Positions 31,876-38,612 of a DNA stretch of 40,230 bases are shown piece after piece. The notes under the pieces were generated by a model. The model was not told the origin of the DNA. It searched no databases and saw only the letters and a program-made list of their open reading frames with translations. The DNA comes from a virus: positions 1-40,230 of the IMG/VR virus record IMGVR_UViG_3300023171_000004; one strand, written 5' to 3'. The stretch's first letter is position 1, and the number at the start of each line of letters is the position of its first letter. The translations under genes were made by a program, and so were the position numbers.

Positions 31876-34623
31876 ATGGCATTAATATTTGTTGACCGTA
31901 TCGAGTTTCCTTCACCAGACGTAAGTGGCGTTACTGAAATATATGAATTGTTCTTTAATAATATTTCCTTAGCGATCACGTACACTTATGAAGGTGCAAG
32001 CGGGCTAAGTTCATTAGATTCAACTCAACGCGGGCGCGCTGATAATAGCTTAATAACCCAGATCAACAACTCAACTGATACAAATAGCTATAAGATATAC
32101 GCCTCATTAATTTCGCCATTTGCTTATACAGGATCAGCAGAGGCACCACTTGATCCTCCGCCGCCTGATTGTGATTTGACATTAACTGTTAGTGTAACTG
32201 CAGAAACGGCTTTAGATGCTAATGACGGAACGGCTACGTTAGTTTCAAGTAGTTCGTTTCCACCGATACTATATTCTATTGGGAGTGGATATGTATCTGG
32301 CAATGTATTCACTGGACTAGCGCCAGGAAGTTATAACGGTTACGCCTTAGATGACAACGGATGCACACAAGCCAAATTGTTTAACATCCCAGCGTTCGAT
32401 ACTCCAACGGATGAAAGCCTAATATTCATAGATCACTTTGAGTTCCCATCGCCGGACTTTGCTGGAGTGAATGAGGTTTACGATATTTACCTAGATCCGA
32501 CTACTGATGAATTTGAAGTTGTGTATTCTGGTTCTTCGAGCTTATCCAGCGTTGATGAGTTGCAACGTGGCAGAATAAGCGGGTCACTGATAGGTAATTT
32601 TGATAACCCAGATGGAACGGTAAGGTATGTGATCAATGCAAGTCTAAACAGCCCATTTGCTGTTATTGCTGAAACAATCATTATTGATGATCCTAATCCG
32701 CCAAATGCAGAGTTTGAATACCAGCAATGGTATGGCGGAGATTTATGTGATGATTACGGAAATACAACGGAATGCCAGATTTACCGCCGTGTTCGTGAGG
32801 GGAGTATAGCGCCGTCTTTAAGACCAATTCAATTCTCAGGAGACAACCCGATAGTGATTGAATACCCAGACTCAGGAGAATATAAAATGAACCAGATTAA
32901 CGGCTCTGGCATTACATTAAACTTAGTGGCTTATGAAGGATTTGAGTTAGCCGACTTATACGCAACAGATGAAGCGGAATGGTGGGTAATACTGCAAGGT
33001 TACTATAACCATCAGGCATTTATCATTCCTGACAACTGCTACGAGCCTTATCAAAGCAAGCCTTATCCGATCACCATTAGATGTACTGACAGGATAGGGA
33101 TGCTTACAGATGTGCCGTTTCAGAATACTTCCGGCAGACCGTTTAAAGGCTTTGAAAATGACATCCGAATAGTTGCGACAATACTTAACAAAACCGGCTT
33201 ACAATTACCGATTGGCGTTGCCTGTAATACCTATGAGGAAAATATGGATACCTCGGATAGTCCTATTGAGCAAACGTTTATTAACCGCGAGGCATTTGTT
33301 GATGATAAGGATATACCGTTAACTTGTAAAGAGGTTTTAGAATCGATACTAAATAGGTATTCGGCCAGACTTCATCAATGGAACGGCAAATGGCAGATTG
33401 TGAATGTGCTGGAAAAATCTAGGGGGAATGTAACTATTTGGAACTTCAATGATATTGGCGAACCAGATGGCGGGAGTTCTGCTTTGGGTAGCCTAATGAC
33501 AGTAGGAGAACAGTATCGTGATATCATTCCTACCGAAGCGGGACAGAGGATTATTAAGGGTATTGCTTCATCTATGTCATACTATAAATACGGGTATCCA
33601 TCCAGTGAAGTTGAAAACGGAGACTTTGACGATTGGGATGTTTTAGACGCGGTGCCAGAAGGTTGGGAGATTATAGGAAGCATGTCCGTTGTTCGGGTTG
33701 AACGTATTGGCGAAGATGGTCCGACAGGTGACTTCTATCCAAAGATTGTAGCGAACACCGTACCTAGTTCGTTCTTACGCAACATTACGGGCATCCAGGT
33801 TCAGGGCGGTCAAAGGGTACAGATCAGTTTTGAAATGTTTGCTCCAGATGCAGCGGCTTATTTCTTAGATAATACACCAATCTATTTAGGCGTTCAGGTA
33901 TTAGATGTTACCAATTCTGAATACTATAACCCGTTCGGATGGACTGCGACACCTGTAACCTATGATATTATGTATCATCGTGGGGACTTTGAAAACCAGA
34001 TTACTGTTACGTTCAGCGTTGATCCTAAAGAAGATGATTGGGATTTAAAGATAGGACTTAGAATGCTTAATGTAAGCGCCGGCGATCAGTTCATAACCAG
34101 CTTCAATAATGTCAAGGTGTCTCCTGTATCTACACCACAAGCTGAACCAGCGATAGGCGTATTTACAAGACAAACCTCTCGATCATTTCAGACTTATCGT
34201 CGTGGCCCGATAGTGATATTACATGGTGATGAGACTAATTCAGAGCGTACCTCGCAGATCAGCATTGGTTCGGCTACTGTGATTACGCCTCCTACTACAT
34301 GGAGTAGAGCGGGTTTGACGGAAACTAAGACCTTATTACAAGTTATTGCTAATTCAGAGCTAAGGCAACACCAGAAACCATACATGGTGTTTGAAGCGTT
34401 GTATGTTCGTAACTATGGGTATTTTGGCGCTACGGTTGACATTAACACTTTGCTCACTATTGACAGGCTTGTAGGCGCTTATTTATTCCTGTCTGGTACG
34501 TTCAATATTAAAACAGGTAAGCACCGTTTACGCCATGCACAGGTGTATGTAGATGACGCAGTGTTTTATGAAGAAGGCAATGTTTTGGATTATGGCGCGG
34601 TTGACTTGAGTGGGAGTAAATAA
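31876..34623 (+). CDS. Large distal tail / baseplate protein with an N-terminal internal duplication and an SprB-type repeat
   Basis: 915 aa, first + strand gene after the tape measure. Residues 3-84 and 182-263 are repeats (LIFVDRIEFPSPD.../LIFIDHFEFPSPD...). Residues 98-164 (CDLTL...NDGTATL...FTGLAPGSYNGYALDDNGC) resemble SprB repeats. The ATG lies 4 nt after the box TATATTTA. Confidence 0.75.
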   Translation: MALIFVDRIEFPSPDVSGVTEIYELFFNNISLAITYTYEGASGLSSLDSTQRGRADNSLITQINNSTDTNSYKIYASLISPFAYTGSAEAPLDPPPPDCDLTLTVSVTAETALDANDGTATLVSSSSFPPILYSIGSGYVSGNVFTGLAPGSYNGYALDDNGCTQAKLFNIPAFDTPTDESLIFIDHFEFPSPDFAGVNEVYDIYLDPTTDEFEVVYSGSSSLSSVDELQRGRISGSLIGNFDNPDGTVRYVINASLNSPFAVIAETIIIDDPNPPNAEFEYQQWYGGDLCDDYGNTTECQIYRRVREGSIAPSLRPIQFSGDNPIVIEYPDSGEYKMNQINGSGITLNLVAYEGFELADLYATDEAEWWVILQGYYNHQAFIIPDNCYEPYQSKPYPITIRCTDRIGMLTDVPFQNTSGRPFKGFENDIRIVATILNKTGLQLPIGVACNTYEENMDTSDSPIEQTFINREAFVDDKDIPLTCKEVLESILNRYSARLHQWNGKWQIVNVLEKSRGNVTIWNFNDIGEPDGGSSALGSLMTVGEQYRDIIPTEAGQRIIKGIASSMSYYKYGYPSSEVENGDFDDWDVLDAVPEGWEIIGSMSVVRVERIGEDGPTGDFYPKIVANTVPSSFLRNITGIQVQGGQRVQISFEMFAPDAAAYFLDNTPIYLGVQVLDVTNSEYYNPFGWTATPVTYDIMYHRGDFENQITVTFSVDPKEDDWDLKIGLRMLNVSAGDQFITSFNNVKVSPVSTPQAEPAIGVFTRQTSRSFQTYRRGPIVILHGDETNSERTSQISIGSATVITPPTTWSRAGLTETKTLLQVIANSELRQHQKPYMVFEALYVRNYGYFGATVDINTLLTIDRLVGAYLFLSGTFNIKTGKHRLRHAQVYVDDAVFYEEGNVLDYGAVDLSGSK

Positions 34624-34750
34624 AAAAGCCCAATCGGTTAAGAGTAGACTTCCGATCAGCGACACGCCAATCCCCTATTAAGCATATTATTTGATGCTAC
34701 CACCTAGCGTTATTGCCTTATGGATTTTGTCTTTATATTTTTTCTGGCTA

Positions 34751-35125
34751 TTACTTTTTATACCATTCAATGAATTTAATTACCGCTTCGTAAACCATGT
34801 CTATTTTGCTATTATTATACTGAGCAGTACAATGGGCTGTTATATCGTCTCCGAGTAATATAGAGCAACATTTATAACTAATCAATACAGGAAACCCTAA
34901 AGACTATATTTCCTCAACTACAGGCATCAACTCGTTCCAATCCTTATCGTAATTTAAATTGAGTTTACTTAGGCGCTTTTTATGATCATACACTATGCAA
35001 TCTGTCCAACATTGTGCAGTCCCGCTATTGAAAACAAAAGACGTATCTTTTTCTTCAAATCGCTCTGTATATCCCATGAATAGTGCTATCGATCTATTTT
35101 TCACCTTTAACCTCCAATTCTTCAT
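34751..35125 (-). pseudogene. Small gene interrupted by an in-frame TAG (34904..34906); upstream part is 34904..35125 (or start at 35077), with a same-frame open continuation 34751..34903
   Basis: Hand translation gives ...DKDWNELMPVVEEI * SLGFPVLISYKCCSILLGDDITAHCTAQYNNSKIDMVYEAVIKFIEWYKK *. That is 50 further sense codons in the same frame in AT-rich DNA. Confidence 0.4.
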
Positions 35126-35486
35126 TCATTAAAGCAAAATACAGATTTTGTAATTGATGGACATAGACTATATGAGGTAATGGATACCATTTAAACATAA
35201 ATCCGTTAGTTGAAGTATAAGAGAATCTACCGCGATGAAAATATAACTTAGGATCGTAACGATATGAATTTATCTCAAATCCTAACCTACGAAGCCATTC
35301 TTCTGTTATAGTTATCCCGGATATGTCATCATTCAATATATTGTAATGAAAAGTTTTTATAATTTTTCCATGCAAAACAAGAGAGCGTGAAATATCCACG
35401 AAACTGTTATCTATTTTTTCTATGGTTACCTCACCTAATAGTTTTTCATTTACCAAATTACCTAATCTTAGTTCTTTTTTGTTCAT
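35094..35486 (-). CDS. Island protein, paralogue 2 (130 aa)
   Basis: Shares ELRLGNLV, ITEEWLRRLGF and IVYVHQLQNLYFALMNEELEV with 35483..35815. Confidence 0.6.
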   Translation of the reverse strand: MNKKELRLGNLVNEKLLGEVTIEKIDNSFVDISRSLVLHGKIIKTFHYNILNDDISGITITEEWLRRLGFEINSYRYDPKLYFHRGRFSYTSTNGFMFKWYPLPHIVYVHQLQNLYFALMNEELEVKGEK

Positions 35487-35815
35487 ATCACTAGTTCCCT
35501 TCCAGTTATAGCGAAGTAAATATTTTGTAATTGGTGTACATATAATATAGGGCTACTTAGCTTAATACCCTCCCCAGCTGAATAAAATAATCCCTCCTTC
35601 CAATATTCAAAACAACAGCCATCATGCGACCATTCTGATCCATCATTTCTAAATCCGAAATATTTTAACCATTGTTCTGTCAGCCGAACTCCTACACAAT
35701 AATCTGTATCATCCCAATCTTCTAGCTCTTCAATATCGTGGCCGCTTGCTATTCTGTATTCTCCCTTATCTTTTAGGCTTACTATGTTGCCTATACGTAG
35801 TTCAGACGCTTTCAT
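35483..35815 (-). CDS. Island protein, paralogue 1 (110 aa)
   Basis: ELRIGNIV, LTEQWLKYFGF and ILYVHQLQNIYFAITGRELV. 4-nt overlap with paralogue 2. Confidence 0.6.
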   Translation of the reverse strand: MKASELRIGNIVSLKDKGEYRIASGHDIEELEDWDDTDYCVGVRLTEQWLKYFGFRNDGSEWSHDGCCFEYWKEGLFYSAGEGIKLSSPILYVHQLQNIYFAITGRELVI

Positions 35816-35816
35816 A

Positions 35817-35969
35817 CTACCAACTCCCTAAACAAGTAACCGAATTAATTGAATCTTCACTTATTCTGTATTTTTGACAAGCAATCTGTATCGCTTGAGC
35901 TACACTCATAGCTGGAACTTCTGCTGATGAGCTATCCCAATTCCCCCACTTAACTTCGTATTTTTTCAT
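35817..35969 (-). CDS. 50-aa micro-protein
   Basis: Hand translation gives MKKYEVKWGNWDSSSAEVPAMSVAQAIQIACQKYRISEDSINSVTCLGSW. The stop is 1 nt before the next ATG. Confidence 0.4.
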   Translation of the reverse strand: MKKYEVKWGNWDSSSAEVPAMSVAQAIQIACQKYRISEDSINSVTCLGSW

Positions 35970-35985
35970 GTCTTATACTTTAGTT

Positions 35986-36210
35986 TTAAATTGTAAATAA
36001 ATGGCCTACTTGTTCGTTATATGACTTCTTCCACTCTAAATAACCTAAATGAATAGCTCTATTCATTTCCCAATCTATAGATATCCTTTTTATATCGCTT
36101 TGAGGACATAATCTTCGGGGACTATTTTTTGATTCTACCCAGCATTTAGTTATTGGGTCTAGCTTAGAAAGTATATTTTTTCTTCTCTTTTTATGAGACT
36201 TAGTTTTCAT
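35986..36210 (-). CDS. Basic 74-aa protein
   Basis: Track ORF with the N-terminus MKTKSHKKRRKN. Confidence 0.5.
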   Translation of the reverse strand: MKTKSHKKRRKNILSKLDPITKCWVESKNSPRRLCPQSDIKRISIDWEMNRAIHLGYLEWKKSYNEQVGHLFTI

Positions 36211-36358
36211 GTTGTTTTATTTTATGGTGTAAGAATATTATAGTTGCAATAAGAATACATATATACCAATTATCAAATTCGCATGGCTCAATAAACACAA
36301 TAACACCCCTTAAAAAGAATAATATTGACAAGCAATAATCTAAAGGCTCTAATTTCAT
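36200..36358 (-). CDS. 52-aa two-TM micro-protein
   Basis: Hand translation gives MKLEPLDYCLSILFFLRGVIVFIEPCEFDNWYICILIATIIFLHHKIKQHEN. ATGA overlap upstream and an 11-nt overlap downstream. Confidence 0.4.
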   Translation of the reverse strand: MKLEPLDYCLSILFFLRGVIVFIEPCEFDNWYICILIATIIFLHHKIKQHEN

Positions 36359-36573
36359 CTTATAATGATTGGTTTGTTTAAAATCTGACTTCTTATGCTA
36401 CTACCTATATCTCCTGAGATATTAAAGTTATCTGCTAAGTCGGCTAGAGTTTCATAAGCTATCTGATGCGCGAATCTTTTCATGGCTTCTTCTGCTACTG
36501 CAAACTCTTTTTCAGTAAGCCAAACTTTTTCCTGATCTAAAATGGTTTGTAATGTTTGTTTTGCTGTTTTCAT
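36355..36573 (-). CDS. 72-aa helical hypothetical protein
   Basis: Track ORF, 2 nt after the upstream gene. Confidence 0.55.
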   Translation of the reverse strand: MKTAKQTLQTILDQEKVWLTEKEFAVAEEAMKRFAHQIAYETLADLADNFNISGDIGSSIRSQILNKPIIIR

Positions 36574-36575
36574 AA

Positions 36576-37028
36576 CTACAAACTTTTTAAATGATCATCC
36601 ATTTCTTTACGCCAAGAGTTATGCGGTTCATTACGAAAAGCTACAAACCACGCGCAACTAATGGTAATGAATAATAAACAGCTTTTATATATCTTATAAA
36701 ATATTGTCTCGTAGCATTTACTATCTTCCCATACATCAATAAATGAAGTTATTATTAGTATAGACCCTGCAATTATAAATCCCATAGACCATAACCCATT
36801 TATGAAGTCCATAGTATCCGATCTCTCTTTTGGTCTGTTTTCTTTTATACGCATAAGATTGTGCAAGTCTTTTCTCAGTATAGGCTCAAGTTCTTTTTCA
36901 GACATTTGTTTTCCAAACGCACAATACGTGATTATGAACGCGTGATTGTTACGTTCAAATCTTACTTTGTATTGTAGTGATTCGTTATAATCTGTTTTTT
37001 CTACTGATAGTATTTCGAAGTGTTTCAT
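36576..37028 (-). CDS. 150-aa membrane protein (soluble N-domain plus two TM segments)
   Basis: The TM candidates are FINGLWSMGFIIAGSILIITSFI and IYKSCLLFITISCAWFVAF. Confidence 0.6.
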   Translation of the reverse strand: MKHFEILSVEKTDYNESLQYKVRFERNNHAFIITYCAFGKQMSEKELEPILRKDLHNLMRIKENRPKERSDTMDFINGLWSMGFIIAGSILIITSFIDVWEDSKCYETIFYKIYKSCLLFITISCAWFVAFRNEPHNSWRKEMDDHLKSL

Positions 37029-37082
37029 AACTCAAATATAACCATATACTCAATACAGTTTTGTACCGTTGTTGTTACAATT

Positions 37083-37114
37083 AAAAAAGGGTACGCCCAC
37101 CACACACGTACCCC
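37083..37114 (-). terminator. Rho-independent terminator after 37134..37571
   Basis: GGGTACG (37089..37095) pairs with CGTACCC (37107..37113). The A6 run at 37083..37088 gives T6 on the - strand. Confidence 0.6.
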
Positions 37115-37133
37115 GACAACCAAACAAACCAAG

Positions 37134-37571
37134 TTAAATGTAGGTATTTAATATATACTGCCAAATATCTATTTTGAGATGGTAAGCGTTAAGTATAGAA
37201 AATCCGCTAACTAATAATCCCACAATAGCGCCTATTGACATTTTGACAACTTGTAATGGGAAAAAACTTTTTGTAATATTATTCAATAATCCTGAAAAAA
37301 CCATAAATAATAAATAACCCACGAATAAAGGCCATTGAAAAGTAAATAAACCCATTAAAAGCCACAAAAACAAAGGTATCATATAGACCAACTTTGTTTG
37401 AAGGTCTTTCCGTAAATCTTCTGGCCAATCTTCATATTTGATAGGTTTAAGTTTTTTTGTTCTTTTCTGTAAGTCTAAATAAGCTCTAGTTTTTTCTACT
37501 GGGTTTATAATCCACAATAATTCGTAAGCCATAAACATTAGGCCGATAAAGTAATAAATAGCTTTAAGCAT
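37134..37571 (-). CDS. 145-aa four-TM membrane protein (own transcription unit)
   Basis: The start is trimmed to the ATG at 37571 (MLKAIYYFIGLMFMAYELLWI...). The box TATATTTG lies at 37597..37604 and a terminator lies downstream. Confidence 0.6.
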   Translation of the reverse strand: MLKAIYYFIGLMFMAYELLWIINPVEKTRAYLDLQKRTKKLKPIKYEDWPEDLRKDLQTKLVYMIPLFLWLLMGLFTFQWPLFVGYLLFMVFSGLLNNITKSFFPLQVVKMSIGAIVGLLVSGFSILNAYHLKIDIWQYILNTYI

Positions 37572-37596
37572 GTTGTTAGTTATTTTTAAATGTCCC

Positions 37597-37604
37597 CAAA
37601 TATA
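37597..37604 (-). promoter_or_regulatory. -7 box TATATTTG (- strand), followed by GGGG
   Basis: The reverse complement of caaatata at 37597..37604, 25 nt upstream of the ATG at 37571. Confidence 0.4.
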
Positions 37605-37668
37605 CCAATCTATCAAATACACTTATGTAACATTACTAATACATTACAATTTTCATTATATTTACCAC

Positions 37669-38202
37669 ATGAACGGCACTAGCTACATCATACTTATCGA
37701 TACCACCACCCCCAGAACAGCAGAACGCGGTACAGAGGCTAATTACCGACCCGTAGTCTGCGGTGTTACTAACGGGTTTAATATGTCATTTGAAGCCATA
37801 TCTTTACGCAACAAATGTGATGGTGGCTGGGATAATACCGAATCTGGTTACGGTTCATGGGGGCTTAACTTAGATGGGCAGGCCATAGCATTACGTAACG
37901 TAGAGAAGCTGATCAAAGCCAACTACGATGAGGTGGCTAATCTGGCGGTAAAGAAACGGGTGTTCTGGGCTAAGATGGGGGACTTAGATAACAAAAGGGT
38001 TATCGAGGGATTGGTTAGGATCGGTTCTTATAGCGAAACAGCAGATTTAGAAGAACCTTATACGTTTACAGTTGAGTTTGTGGGATTAGGTGAGCCGATA
38101 ATTGAAGAGAATGCGTTTATACTAGTGTTAGGAGCTAACGAAGCCAGAACAGAAATACTAGGTGATGGAATAGGAAATTTAATAGCAGATAAATATGATT
38201 GA
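37669..38202 (+). CDS. Tail tube protein paralogue with a C-terminal extension (distal-tail / adaptor candidate), first gene of the fibre operon
   Basis: The start is trimmed to the ATG at 37669, 4 nt after the box TATATTTA (37657..37664). The product aligns along its length with 28062..28520 (for example RNKCDGGWDNTESGYGSWGLNLDGQAI against SNKCDEGWGTSLSGMGTWSFSADGQAV). Confidence 0.75.
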   Translation: MNGTSYIILIDTTTPRTAERGTEANYRPVVCGVTNGFNMSFEAISLRNKCDGGWDNTESGYGSWGLNLDGQAIALRNVEKLIKANYDEVANLAVKKRVFWAKMGDLDNKRVIEGLVRIGSYSETADLEEPYTFTVEFVGLGEPIIEENAFILVLGANEARTEILGDGIGNLIADKYD

Positions 38203-38611
38203 TCCAGCGAATACCGATATAATATTGGTGCCTGAATTAGATGCAGGATTACCTGATAACGGTAGTCTGTTTGTATATTCAAACGCAGCAGGAAAACTGC
38301 TAAAACTTACACGAGCTGAGTTCTTAGCTTTTATAGCGACAAGCTCAGGTGTAGCAAAAACCACTTTAGACACTACCGCTGGCGTTCCTTTAGTTATTGA
38401 CTGGCAGAACGATATTGATCCAGACGGAGATGGTGAGGCTACTTACGGTCAAAGGCATGGATTTAATGTAGTCCCTGTTTTAGTTGCTTCATTTGAATCT
38501 GGCGGCGTAAATACCGTTTACAATACAAATTATTACTATACATCAAATGTTTCGGGCGTACTTATCTTAACCATACCCGATACTTTTGAAGGAAAACTTA
38601 CAATTATATAA
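38195..38611 (+). CDS. 138-aa fibre-operon protein
   Basis: 8-nt overlap with the tube paralogue, and the stop abuts the next ATG. Beta-rich C-terminus HGFNVVPVLVASFESGG...LTIPDTFEGKLTII. Confidence 0.6.
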   Translation: MIDPANTDIILVPELDAGLPDNGSLFVYSNAAGKLLKLTRAEFLAFIATSSGVAKTTLDTTAGVPLVIDWQNDIDPDGDGEATYGQRHGFNVVPVLVASFESGGVNTVYNTNYYYTSNVSGVLILTIPDTFEGKLTII

Positions 38612-38612
38612 C

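Noticed and set aside
34904-34906. Genome-wide TAG reassignment (alternative genetic code).
   Set aside because: TAG ends the capsid gene (23891..23893), the chaperone gene (28894..28896), 1445..1762 and 12606..12785 at sensible positions. Recoding would have to be local, so a nonsense mutation or a sequencing error is simpler.
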